The notes under the pieces are model-generated. The model ran no database searches, was not told where the DNA came from, and saw nothing but the letters and a program-made list of their open reading frames with translations. A program made the position numbers and the translations under genes. From Schleiferiaceae bacterium (GTDB lineage Bacteria > Bacteroidota > Bacteroidia > Flavobacteriales > Schleiferiaceae), in assembly GCA_018401735.1 (NCBI GenBank), contig JAGYKI010000012.1:6683-70682 (forward strand): a stretch of 64,000 bases of DNA. Direction: 5' to 3'. Shown here one piece after another: positions 19,210-29,336 of the stretch; the first letter of the stretch is position 1; each line of letters opens with the position of its first letter.

Positions 19210-20579
19210 TGTTTACAAAGCTAAAATATTATCTCTCCCAAGATGTGGAGGCCGCTCCTTTAGCGGCCTTTCGCATTTTCTTTGGCATCATGATGTTTAG
19301 TAGCATCCTGCGCTTTTGGTCTTTTGGATGGATTGAAAAATTGTACCTCCAACCTAAGTTTCACTTTAGCTTTTATGGCTTCGAATGGGTGAAACCACTC
19401 GGAGTTTACACCTATCTCATTTTCTTTATCTGTGCTGGCGCGGCGCTTTGCATTGCCCTTGGCTTCTGGTATCGTCTAGCCATCAGCACCTTTTGGCTCA
19501 GCTTCACTTATATCGAGTTGATGGACAAAACCACTTATCTCAATCACTATTACTTTATTTCAGTTTTAAGCTTTCTCCTAATCTTCTTACCTGCCCAGCG
19601 CTACTTCTCGGTAGATGCTTATCGAAGGCCAAAAATCGCTTCTACAAAGATTCCACGTTACAGTATTGATGCCATTAAAGCCCTACTTTTTATTGTATAC
19701 TTCTACGCGGGTTTGGCAAAAATCAATTCCGACTGGCTCCTAGAAGCCCAACCTCTCGCCACTTGGTTACCCGGTAAATACGATTTGCCCTTTATAGGCT
19801 CCCTACTAGAAAAACGATGGTTGCATTATACTTTCAGTTGGGGCGGTATGCTCTACGATTTAAGCATCCCTTTTCTGCTACTTTATAAACCTACTCGCAA
19901 TTTTGCCTTTGTTTTGGTGGTGATATTCCACGTTCTTACTCGCATTCTCTTTCCCATTGGAATGTTTCCTTACATAATGATTGTGAGCGCCTTAATCTTC
20001 TTCGACCCTAGCCTCCATCAGCGCATGTTGAAATTCATTCAAAATATCTTGGGTCCTCCCGCCTTTCCTAGGCATCTGCCAGCGAGCAATAAACAGAAGA
20101 ATGGTGCCTTAAAAAAAGTGCAAATAGGCTTTATTAGCCTCCTACTCATTAGTCAAATCCTTATTCCGTGGCGTCACCTATTTTATCCGGGCGAACTCTT
20201 TTGGCATGAGCAAGGTTTTCGTTTTAGCTGGCGCGTAATGCTTATGGAAAAGGCGGGTTATACCAATTTTAAAATTTACGATCCGCAAAGGGGTGAAAGC
20301 TTTCAAGTGAACAATCAACAATTTTTAAGCGCTTTCCAAGAAAAGCAAATGAGCTTTCAGCCCGATTTTATTCTCGAATACGCCCATTTTCTCGAAGACC
20401 ATTTCCGCAGCAGCGAAAACCGAGGCGATCTAGAAATTTATGCGGAGAGTTATGTAGCCTTAAACGGTCGTTCGAGTCAACTATTTATTAACCCCAAAGT
20501 CGATCTCAGTCTCGAAAAACGTGGCTGGGGCAAGAAAACCTGGATTCTTCCATTCAATGATACGATTTACGGTTTATAG
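19209..20579 (+). CDS. HTTM domain protein (vitamin K-dependent gamma-carboxylase-like)
   Basis: LAAFRIFFG; DKTTYLNHYY; YFYAGLAKINSDW; QGFRFSWRVMLMEK. Confidence 0.9.
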   Translation: MFTKLKYYLSQDVEAAPLAAFRIFFGIMMFSSILRFWSFGWIEKLYLQPKFHFSFYGFEWVKPLGVYTYLIFFICAGAALCIALGFWYRLAISTFWLSFTYIELMDKTTYLNHYYFISVLSFLLIFLPAQRYFSVDAYRRPKIASTKIPRYSIDAIKALLFIVYFYAGLAKINSDWLLEAQPLATWLPGKYDLPFIGSLLEKRWLHYTFSWGGMLYDLSIPFLLLYKPTRNFAFVLVVIFHVLTRILFPIGMFPYIMIVSALIFFDPSLHQRMLKFIQNILGPPAFPRHLPASNKQKNGALKKVQIGFISLLLISQILIPWRHLFYPGELFWHEQGFRFSWRVMLMEKAGYTNFKIYDPQRGESFQVNNQQFLSAFQEKQMSFQPDFILEYAHFLEDHFRSSENRGDLEIYAESYVALNGRSSQLFINPKVDLSLEKRGWGKKTWILPFNDTIYGL

Positions 20580-23025
20580 CTTTTTAGTGTTCTGCGGCTT
20601 TTCCCTCAGTGCACAAGTAAAACTTGAAGGGCAAGTGTTTTCGGCCATCGATAGTAACGCCTTGGCCGCGGTAGAAGTCTTCCATGTGCAAAGTGAAAAC
20701 CTGGTGATCACCAATACCACAGGGGCATTCAAGCTTTTTGTCGATGCTAAGTCAACGCAAGACTTGGTCTTTTTCAGCTATCAATACCAAAGCACGAAAG
20801 TCCAGCTAAATCTTAGTCAAGATAGCAGCCTAAAATTCTACCTCCATCCTTTAGGTGAAGAGCTTGATGAAGTACTAATCCAGCAGAAACGCAGCGAGGC
20901 TTTTCGCGGCAGCAGACTGAACGAAGTGGAAGGAACCGCCGTTTATGCCGGTAAAAAGTCGGAAGTAATCGTCCTTGAAAATACCGTGGCCAATCTCGCG
21001 GCTAATAACGCCCGCCAGGTATTTGCCCAAGTGGTGGGTTTAAACATCTATGAAAATAACGATGCCGGCTTACAGTTAAACATCGGTGGCCGCGGCCTCG
21101 ATCCTAATCGCAGCAGTAATTTCAATGTGCGGCAAAATGGCTACGACATTAGCGCCGATGTTTTAGGTTACCCAGAAAGTTATTATACACCCACCGCCGA
21201 GGCTTTAGATGAAATACAAGTGGTACGCGGCGCCGCTTCTTTGCAGTATGGCACCCAATTTGGCGGCTTCCTCAATTTTAAAATGAAAGGGCCCGCAAAA
21301 GACACTTCTTTGGCTATTGTTCAGCGTAATACTCTTGGTAGTTTTGGACTTTTCACCAATTTCACCAGCCTTAGCGGGACCAAAGGTAAATGGGGCTATT
21401 ATAGCTTTTTTAATTATAAAGAAGGACAAGGATGGCGGCCCAATTCCCAGTTTAGCTCGCGTAATGTCTACGCCCATTTAGAGTATAACTTCACCTCTGA
21501 AACCCAATTAGCGGCCGAATATACGCTGCTAAATTATTTGGCCAAACAGGCAGGCGGCTTAACCGATAGCCAGTTTGAGCGCGATCCGCTGTACAGTAAT
21601 CGCAGTCGTAATTGGTTTCAGGTGAATTGGCAACTCTACGCTTTAAAATTCAAGCATCGCTTTGCCAATACGGCCGATTTCAGTGTAAACCTATTCGCCC
21701 TCAATGCCCAGCGCTATGCGGTTGGTTTCAGAGGAAACCCAAATAATCTCAACGCCAATCCTATCAGTCAGTTAGACGAGCAAAATGGCGATGATACCTA
21801 TCTCAATCCCCGTGATTTAATTAAAGGCCGCTTTGCTAATGCGGGCGCGGAAATACGCTATTTACAGCGCTATGCAATTAGGAACACCAAAAGTGTTTTT
21901 CTTATCGGCAGCAAATACTACCACGCACAAAACTCAGCCCTGCAAGGCCCCGGAAGCAATGCCAGCGATGCTAATTTTTCTTTGGCCCAAAGCGAATTCC
22001 CCGACTATGCCAGTCAGAGTGAATTCGAATTCCCCAACCGAAATTTTTCCCTCTTTAGCGAAAACATCTTTTACCTCAGTCCTAAATTCTCCCTCACTCC
22101 CGGAATGCGCTTCGAGTATATAAAAACCGCTAGTGCTGGCACTTACCAATTGGTAAATTTCGACAATGCGGGAAACCCTATTTTCCGCGACACACTTAGC
22201 GATAACCGCGACTTCGAAAGAGCCTTTGTGCTAGCGGGTTTAGGGGCCTCTTTTAAACCTAAAACGGGACTAGAACTCTACGCGAACTTCTCCCAAAACT
22301 ACCGCTCTGTAACTTTCAGCGATATACGCACCGTAAATCCAACCTTTATTATTGATCCCGATATCAGCGATGAAACCGGTTTTACCGCCGACATCGGAAC
22401 TCGCGGGAAAATCAAGGAAAAAATCAGCTTTGACTTAAGCCTTTTTAGCTTGCTTTACAATAATCGCATTGGCATTATCCTCAATAACCGCGCACAAAGA
22501 GTGCGGAAAAACATCGGCAATGCACTCATCTACGGAGCGGAAACTTTTTTGGAAGTTAATTGGCTTAATACCTTTGGAAAAAGCGACAGTCCTTACCAGC
22601 TGAGTTCCTTTGTTAATGCGGCCTTCACCTCTTCGCGCTACTTAGCTAGTGAAGATAATAATGTAGTGGGTAAAAGAGTGGAATTCATCCCGCAAACTAA
22701 TTTAAAACTTGGCCTAAAAGGCGGCTATAAAAAGTTGGTGGCAAGCTTACAATACACCTACATCAGCGAGCAATTTACCGATGTCGAAAACTCCGCTGTC
22801 CCTATGGCAGGCGACCTGCGCGAAGGGATTATTGGTTTAATTCCCGCCTATCAAATCCTCGATTTTTCCCTCTCGTATCAATACCAACGCTACACCCTAG
22901 AAGCTGGTTGTAATAACCTCGCCAATGAAATTTACTTTACCCGTCGCGCTACAGGTTATCCAGGCCCAGGTATTATTCCCTCCGATCCACGTAGTTTTTA
23001 TCTAAGCTTGGGGGTTAAATTTTGA
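20557..23025 (+). CDS. TonB-dependent receptor (FecA-like)
   Basis: Plug motif GLDPNRSSNFNVRQNG; VVRGAASLQYG; C-terminal RSFYLSLGVKF. The ATG at 20557 is preferred. Confidence 0.92.
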   Translation: MIRFTVYSFLVFCGFSLSAQVKLEGQVFSAIDSNALAAVEVFHVQSENLVITNTTGAFKLFVDAKSTQDLVFFSYQYQSTKVQLNLSQDSSLKFYLHPLGEELDEVLIQQKRSEAFRGSRLNEVEGTAVYAGKKSEVIVLENTVANLAANNARQVFAQVVGLNIYENNDAGLQLNIGGRGLDPNRSSNFNVRQNGYDISADVLGYPESYYTPTAEALDEIQVVRGAASLQYGTQFGGFLNFKMKGPAKDTSLAIVQRNTLGSFGLFTNFTSLSGTKGKWGYYSFFNYKEGQGWRPNSQFSSRNVYAHLEYNFTSETQLAAEYTLLNYLAKQAGGLTDSQFERDPLYSNRSRNWFQVNWQLYALKFKHRFANTADFSVNLFALNAQRYAVGFRGNPNNLNANPISQLDEQNGDDTYLNPRDLIKGRFANAGAEIRYLQRYAIRNTKSVFLIGSKYYHAQNSALQGPGSNASDANFSLAQSEFPDYASQSEFEFPNRNFSLFSENIFYLSPKFSLTPGMRFEYIKTASAGTYQLVNFDNAGNPIFRDTLSDNRDFERAFVLAGLGASFKPKTGLELYANFSQNYRSVTFSDIRTVNPTFIIDPDISDETGFTADIGTRGKIKEKISFDLSLFSLLYNNRIGIILNNRAQRVRKNIGNALIYGAETFLEVNWLNTFGKSDSPYQLSSFVNAAFTSSRYLASEDNNVVGKRVEFIPQTNLKLGLKGGYKKLVASLQYTYISEQFTDVENSAVPMAGDLREGIIGLIPAYQILDFSLSYQYQRYTLEAGCNNLANEIYFTRRATGYPGPGIIPSDPRSFYLSLGVKF

Positions 23026-23069
23026 TCCAACAGCCCTAACAACTGTTTACTCTCAATACCTTAGCCTCA

Positions 23070-24030
23070 TTGTTTACTACCATGACTATGAAAAAAATCC
23101 TTTTAGTATTCACCTTCGGCATCTTTTTTAGCCTCAATTTATATAGTCAAGATTTACAAATTTTCAATTTGAGCCAACAAGAGTTTTCGGGCAACAACTC
23201 TATCCTATACACCTCTCTATCTGATATTTATAGGATTTCCTCCAATCCCGATTCCTCTGCGCTACCTTTGGATTTGCTAGGCAATGACCGCGATACGGTT
23301 TACCCAATTATTACCCTCGACTCTAACTTTCGCGCCTTGTTTTTAGCCTGCACCGGACTGAGTGAAAGGCATAATGTATACCTCTACGACGCTATCCAAT
23401 CTAAAACCCAAATCATCCCCATTCATAAACTAAAATCTGTGGCGGTTTTAAGTATCTATTACGGTGATTACTATGGTTCGGTAGAAACCTATGATTATCA
23501 AATTGGTTTTGAAATCAATCCCAAATTTGTAGAAAATAAGATGGGTAGCTTCACTTTCATTGCCTTTGGTAAAGAAAACCCTTTTGCCGAAAAGCCACTC
23601 AGTCCCCTTATTTGGGAAGCCATAAGCCCTAATTCCGATCCCTATATTACAGGCCTACTTATCAAGTGACAGCCTCATTAAAACTTCTTTCACAAATACT
23701 CACCGCTTTGAAATACATAATCTTAGCTATTATTTAGCCGATATCGAAAATCACATGGCTAGTGCGCGAAAGCTCTGCGTATATGATGAGATAAGTAAAA
23801 ACTGGATTTTCGACCATAATTTCCTCGAAGGCGAAAGTGCTTCCCACACCCCCATTATCGCCACACCCGATACCGAGCCTAACAATGTTTATCAGTGGAC
23901 CGGTGATTTCTTTAAAAATCAACCTACTATGATTTTTGGCATGCAGTATCAATCCTTTGGATGCCCTAGCTTTTTCACGCTTGAAAAAAACGAAAAGGAA
24001 ATTGCGCTCAACTGCGACAACCGCCATTAA
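23070..24030 (+). pseudogene. Exported hypothetical protein split by one +1 frameshift
   Basis: Deleting one G in acaggcc (about 23651) reads ...ITAYLSSDSLIK...ENHMASARKL, fusing the two ORFs into one of about 320 aa. Confidence 0.75.
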
Positions 24031-24048
24031 GTTTTAAATCTTTTTTTT

Positions 24049-24132
24049 GGGCCTTCCCCTCTGGGTCGCGCTTTACGCTGCAAGTCCTCGCTCGTACCTC
24101 GCTGTGGGCTTTCCGCTGCAATCGCTAAGGCG
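24049..24132 (+). ncRNA. Flavo-1-like structured RNA/repeat, copy 2
   Basis: 84 bp near-identical to 16557-16640; directly follows a T-run. Confidence 0.55.
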
Positions 24133-24249
24133 ACTAAAATCTTACTTTTCGGTTATTAGCTAAAAACTAGTCTCGGCATTAGGCTTGGTCTTGATATCTT
24201 TGAAACTTTCTTCACCCTGTAATCTAATGTAATCCCAGTAAATCCCCAC

Positions 24250-26028
24250 ATGAGAAAATACTTTATACTTCTTTTCCTGAGTACATTTAGTGCTTTTTCT
24301 CAACCAAGTCCTTGGGGAACGGGTTCCGTTTTTAATCAGAGTTTGGATAGTTTAGACAAAGACTACATTCTTGTTTCCCACGTAGGCTTAAGCTTAAACC
24401 TCAATAACTATTTAAACAACTACAATTACAATATCCACATTCCTTCAAATTACAATGGAAGCGAAGCTTTTGGACTGATTACCTTTATTAACGCCGCGAA
24501 TAATGGTAATTTAATTAGTAGTTGGCTACCCGTTTTAGCGGAGAAAAAACTCATTCTAGTGGCTGGTAATAATATCGGTAATAGCGTTGCCGTAGATACT
24601 CGCATTGGCGTTGTTTTGGCTGCTTGCCAGTCGCTGCAGAAAACACTCAATATTGATAGCACCCGGATTTATAGTTCTGGCGCTTCAGGGGGCGGTCGTT
24701 CTGCTTCCCACCTTTTGTTCTGCTTTCCCGAAATATTTGCGGGTATGATTCCCAATTGCGGCGCTAACTATCTACGGCAAGTAGACCAAGACTATGAAAC
24801 CCAAAACCCTAATTCGCATTACGAATATATTTTCCCCTACACGAGCGCCCAATTCGTGTATGTAAAAAGCTTTAATCCCATTCTCGCCTACTTAACCGCT
24901 TACGATGATTTCCGCGAAGGCGACCTCATGAATATCTACCACAACGGTGCCGAGCCCGACGGTTTCGAGGCTAAAATATTAGAAATCAGCGGCGGTCATT
25001 GCAACACCAGCACCGAGCAATTTCGCGATGGCTTAAACTTTCTCGAACATCCATTTTGGGAAGTTGCAAAAGACTCTTTCGCTTCAAGCGGTCCCATTAC
25101 GGGAAATGGTTTTAAACTACTAAATGCGAACATCCTAAATAATAATTTGGTCTTAGCCCCAGACCTAAAAGCCCGCGCTTATACTCGTAATCCTCTACAA
25201 TGGAACGATCCTAAAGGCGCCATTATTCGGGCTTCCTTTCGTTTAGATAGCCTCAGCTTCGCGGAAAATTGTATACTCAATTTGGGCTTTTACGATTTAG
25301 TAGATACCAGTCTTTTCAATCAGTCAATTGGCGATTCCCTTCTTACTGCCACGCCCGGTCTTCTCATTACTTATAAGTTCGATTCTATCGCCCCTAAAGT
25401 TTCGGTTCTAATCAGTAGCCCCAGTAAAGGTTATAATGGCGATACTATATTTAGTGGCCGTTTTATTGATTTCAGTGCTAATAGCAAGCAGGCCATAAAG
25501 CTCCACCTCTGGCAAGATGAATGGCGTCTTGAATTCAGTCAGCATTTCGACCCCAATAGCGTTCAAGGAATTAATGCCGTGAAACTACTGGACGACCATC
25601 GCTCGCTCCGCATTAGACCTAGCACCAATACTTTATGGGATACCAGCGATTATCATTCAGGCACTTTAATTAGTCTCTACAGCGAAAGAATTAAGCCTAA
25701 TCTTAATAGTAGCACAGTGGCCTTTGATTACTTTCAGATGATAAGCGCCGACACCAGTGCTAGTGCACCCTTAGGGATATCAAAGCCTGATTTTCAAAAC
25801 CGCTACTTTAGTCTCTATCCCAATCCCAATAATGGCTTTTTCTACCTCAGTAGCTTAGATGCTGATCCGCTAACCTTTAGCATTAACAATAGCCAGGGAA
25901 AGCTTTGTGCTCAACACCGACATTCCGCTAAAAAATCGCAGCTTGATCTTAGGCATCTGCCGCAAGGCCTATATTACTTGCGCTCCGAGCAAGGAGATGT
26001 GCAAATTAAATTTATTATTGCCCCTTAA
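24250..26028 (+). CDS. T9SS-secreted alpha/beta-hydrolase (esterase-like) with type-A CTD
   Basis: IDSTRIYSSGASGGG nucleophile elbow; GGHC; SLYPNPNNG...GLYYL CTD. Confidence 0.7.
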   Translation: MRKYFILLFLSTFSAFSQPSPWGTGSVFNQSLDSLDKDYILVSHVGLSLNLNNYLNNYNYNIHIPSNYNGSEAFGLITFINAANNGNLISSWLPVLAEKKLILVAGNNIGNSVAVDTRIGVVLAACQSLQKTLNIDSTRIYSSGASGGGRSASHLLFCFPEIFAGMIPNCGANYLRQVDQDYETQNPNSHYEYIFPYTSAQFVYVKSFNPILAYLTAYDDFREGDLMNIYHNGAEPDGFEAKILEISGGHCNTSTEQFRDGLNFLEHPFWEVAKDSFASSGPITGNGFKLLNANILNNNLVLAPDLKARAYTRNPLQWNDPKGAIIRASFRLDSLSFAENCILNLGFYDLVDTSLFNQSIGDSLLTATPGLLITYKFDSIAPKVSVLISSPSKGYNGDTIFSGRFIDFSANSKQAIKLHLWQDEWRLEFSQHFDPNSVQGINAVKLLDDHRSLRIRPSTNTLWDTSDYHSGTLISLYSERIKPNLNSSTVAFDYFQMISADTSASAPLGISKPDFQNRYFSLYPNPNNGFFYLSSLDADPLTFSINNSQGKLCAQHRHSAKKSQLDLRHLPQGLYYLRSEQGDVQIKFIIAP

Positions 26029-26049
26029 TATCCAATTGTATTTAGTGCC

Positions 26050-26931
26050 ATGACTCATAACATCTCCAACGAATTATTTAGCCTTGCTATTCAACACCAA
26101 GGCGTAGAAATCTCCAGTTTTAAGTCACTAAAAACCGGCACCGAATACATTTGGGATGCTCAGCCCGATATTTGGGGGAGTCATGCGCCAGTACTTTTTC
26201 CCATTATTGGCGCGCTAAACCATGGCGCTACACAGATTGAATATGCTGATTTTGCCATTCCCAAACACGGTTTAATTCGTCACAACAATAATTTAGCACT
26301 CATCGCTGAAACCGAAAATAGTCTGGAATTTCAACTTTTATACTCAGAGGAGACTTTAGCGCTGTACCCCTTTAAATTCGTTTTTACTATAAAATATCAA
26401 TTAGAAGGCAATCGCTTAATTGTTTCGCATCTGGTGGAAAACCGCGACGAGAAAACCATGCCTTTTGCCTTAGGCGGACACCCAGCTTTTAAATGTCCTT
26501 TTAATGATGAAGAAGCTTATAGCGATTACTATTTAGAATTTGCGGAAGTGGAAACCGCCTCGCGTTGGATGCTAGACGATAAAGGATTATTAAACGGCAT
26601 TCAAGATCCTTATTTGAAAGGTACCAAGGAACTGCCCCTACAAAAAGACATGTTTAAAGACGACGCTTTAGTCTTTACCGATTTGAAATCTCGCGCCATA
26701 ACCTTGCGATCTCGCAAATCGCAAAGCAGTCTAAAAGTAAGCTTTACAGACTTCCCTTATCTCGGTTTGTGGGCCAAGCCGAATGCTAATTTCATCTGTA
26801 TCGAACCCTGGCAGGGATTAACCGACCCGAATGATCGTCCCTCTATTTTTAACGAAAAGAGGGGCTTAATTCATCTGCCCGCGAGCGAAAGTTATAAGGC
26901 TGAGTTTAGCATTGAAATAAAGGAAGCTTAA
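26050..26931 (+). CDS. Aldose 1-epimerase family protein (LacX-like)
   Basis: WGSHAPVLFPIIG; PKHG; FALGGHPAF; FICIEPWQG. Confidence 0.92.
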   Translation: MTHNISNELFSLAIQHQGVEISSFKSLKTGTEYIWDAQPDIWGSHAPVLFPIIGALNHGATQIEYADFAIPKHGLIRHNNNLALIAETENSLEFQLLYSEETLALYPFKFVFTIKYQLEGNRLIVSHLVENRDEKTMPFALGGHPAFKCPFNDEEAYSDYYLEFAEVETASRWMLDDKGLLNGIQDPYLKGTKELPLQKDMFKDDALVFTDLKSRAITLRSRKSQSSLKVSFTDFPYLGLWAKPNANFICIEPWQGLTDPNDRPSIFNEKRGLIHLPASESYKAEFSIEIKEA

Positions 26932-26971
26932 TGCAACAGTACGCAAATAATGCTTTGAACTCGTTTAGACT

Positions 26972-27703
26972 CTAGGACGCCACATTCAATTTTATTAGGC
27001 CTAATTTGTTCAGCACCCTCATAATCAAGTAAGTCGGATCAATTTCATGCCATTTCACGCCGAAATTGGCTCTTCCCCCGTATTTGTGGTGGTTATTATG
27101 ATAGGCTTCCCCCATCATTAAAAAGTCGATTGGCAATAAGTTTTTAGAGGTATCCTTCATCTTGAAATTGACATAGCCATAAATATGCGCATACCAATTA
27201 ATAATCAAGCCATGAATGGGTGCCATTAGCATAATCACTGGTAAGAAAAGCCACATCCACCAAGCAGCAGCAAATTTCACGAAGAAAAGAACATAAAGTA
27301 GAATCCAAAAAGCCCGCGTGAAATTTGAGCTCGCGAATTGGTCGAAAGAAGACCACTGCGGAACGTTTTTCGTGAATTTCTCATCCACCTCTATACGTTG
27401 CTGATTAATCGCTTGATATTTGGTCTTCGTGCGCCACATCATAACAAAGACGTTTTCATCGTATTTGGGCGAATGTGGGTCTAGTTCCGTATCGGCGTAA
27501 GCGTGATGCAAACGATGCATAATCCCATAGCCATAAGCGCTGAGATAGTTAGAGCCTTGAAAGAGCCAAGTGAGGAAAAAAGTAACTTTCTCCATGGTCT
27601 TTGACATCGTAAAGGTCTGATGTGCAGCGTATCGATGTAAGAAAAAGGTTTGAAAGAAAAGACCCCCATACCAGAGTACAATAAATAAAATTAAAATTTC
27701 CAT
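26972..27703 (-). CDS. Acyl-CoA/fatty acid desaturase
   Basis: Histidine boxes HRYAAH, HRLHH and HNNHH. Confidence 0.92.
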   Translation of the reverse strand: MEILILFIVLWYGGLFFQTFFLHRYAAHQTFTMSKTMEKVTFFLTWLFQGSNYLSAYGYGIMHRLHHAYADTELDPHSPKYDENVFVMMWRTKTKYQAINQQRIEVDEKFTKNVPQWSSFDQFASSNFTRAFWILLYVLFFVKFAAAWWMWLFLPVIMLMAPIHGLIINWYAHIYGYVNFKMKDTSKNLLPIDFLMMGEAYHNNHHKYGGRANFGVKWHEIDPTYLIMRVLNKLGLIKLNVAS

Positions 27704-27763
27704 CCTGTGTTTTAAGAGAAGGCTAATGTATAGGCTGCTCTTGGCGCTCGCAATGAACCTAGG

Positions 27764-28336
27764 TTAAGAAATGCGCTTGCGAATGCGGCTTAAAGCCTGA
27801 GGAGTAACGCCTAAATAAGAGGCGATAAATTTGAGGGGGATTTGCTTAATTACATTGGGACGATCCTTAAACAATTTAAGGTAACGCTCCTCGGCGCTGT
27901 CCGTCAATAAGGAGTGCTCCCGGCCTGATTTAATTAGGTATAGTTTCTCGGTAACGATACGCCCTATCGTATCGCCAATTTTGGTTTGTTTATACACCTC
28001 TTGTAAATGGGCATAAGAAATACTCCAAAGGGTGGTGGCCGATAGAGTTTCGATTTGATAAAGCGATGGAGCTTGTCTTAAAAAAGAATCATAAGCACTT
28101 ACCATTTCTCCTGGAAAGCTAAAACCAAAAGTGATTTCTTTCTTTTGCTCTTCGGCAGGAATGTAAAAGCGCACCTCCCCTTTCTCTATAAAGGAAACAT
28201 AGTTTTCCAGCTGGCCTTTAGCTAGCAAAATGGCTTTTTTAGGAAAGTGTGATTGAACCAATTTAGATGAAAAAAAGCTCCAATCACTGTCGCTAATAAT
28301 GGCAATGCTATCAATATATCGCCTGAAGTTATTCAT
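27764..28336 (-). CDS. Crp/Fnr-family transcriptional regulator
   Basis: cNMP-binding fold and SAEERYLKL...IASYLGVTPQALSRIRK. Confidence 0.92.
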   Translation of the reverse strand: MNNFRRYIDSIAIISDSDWSFFSSKLVQSHFPKKAILLAKGQLENYVSFIEKGEVRFYIPAEEQKKEITFGFSFPGEMVSAYDSFLRQAPSLYQIETLSATTLWSISYAHLQEVYKQTKIGDTIGRIVTEKLYLIKSGREHSLLTDSAEERYLKLFKDRPNVIKQIPLKFIASYLGVTPQALSRIRKRIS

Positions 28337-28430
28337 GCTGAAGGGTCGCTAATCAAAATTTATGGATGTGTTAAGAGATAGACAGAATGGAGTGCTATTT
28401 GTTCTGTTTCTTTAAAAACCTGCTTAATTA

Positions 28431-28691
28431 ACGTGAGTTCGACGTAATATTAGGCCTCAGACCTCTTGTAAATAGTGGGTTTCAAGTCGAAGCAGTGAAG
28501 CAATAGCGGGCTATTGTGAGCTGCTGAGACGTGGAAAACCCACTTTTTAGAAAGAGGCCTAAACAGATTTTCAATAAAAAGAAAATCCTGCATCTAGCTC
28601 ATTTGCTGTAGCCCGCTACAGCTGCATGATCCAGACTAGTCTTTTCCTTCCATTGAAAATCTGAGGCTCTAATTTATTGTCGAATTCACGT
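28431..28691 (+). mobile_element. 261-bp miniature inverted-repeat element (IS982-like ends), 6-bp TSD TAATTA
   Basis: Imperfect TIRs of about 31 bp (ACGTGAGTTCGACGTAATATTAGGCCTCAGA and TCTGAGGCTCTAATTTATTGTCGAATTCACGT); taatta at 28425-28430 and 28692-28697. Confidence 0.88.
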
Positions 28692-28774
28692 TAATTATGG
28701 CAAAGATGGGGATTCAACCGAAAAAGAGGCCTATTGAAGGTGGTGATTTTAAAGCTAAGCCAGACAACGATAAA

Positions 28775-29244
28775 CTAAAGCTCCTTCCCTTCTACCCAGC
28801 GGCTTTCATAAGGTCTGAAACCCAGTTTTCTAGCAGTCGTTGAGATACGGTATTTTCTTTTCAAATGCCCCGTGAATACAACTAAGCTTTCTTTCTTCAA
28901 AGCCATACTTAAGCAAAGCTTCCATTAATTCTGAGGCATAGCCTTGTTGCCAAAAATTGCATTAAGATGGCAACCCATGTGAATCAGTCTGGTTTGGGCA
29001 AATTGATTGAGATTAATGGTGCCGATAAAGTCCCATCTGCTTTGGATCGCACCGTCAAAAGAAGCAATTTTGTTTAAACTTATCGCACTTTCCGTTCAAG
29101 GAATTCTTGATAAAATTCAAGACTCTTATTTAGTAAAGGCGCAATGTATTTATTGGAGTCATCTTCTTGGTACATGTCCAAAACCTCCTTAAAATCCTTC
29201 TCATCTAAAGCTTCACAAAAGCAACGTTCGGTTTCTATACGCAT
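28775..29244 (-). pseudogene. GNAT (RimJ/RimL-like) acetyltransferase, frameshifted
   Basis: MRIETERCFCEALDEKD..., then in other frames DFIGTINL, QGYASELMEALLKYGFEE and LGFRPY. Confidence 0.7.
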
Positions 29245-29336
29245 CGGTAGAACTTAGCGGTAAAAGTAAAAATTTGAGAATTTCAAACCGTAACACTACA
29301 ATAAACTATCACCTCGCTTTTGGGGTTATGCTAACT

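Noticed and set aside
29007-29192. 61-aa + strand ORF
   Set aside because: Antisense to the frameshifted GNAT gene.
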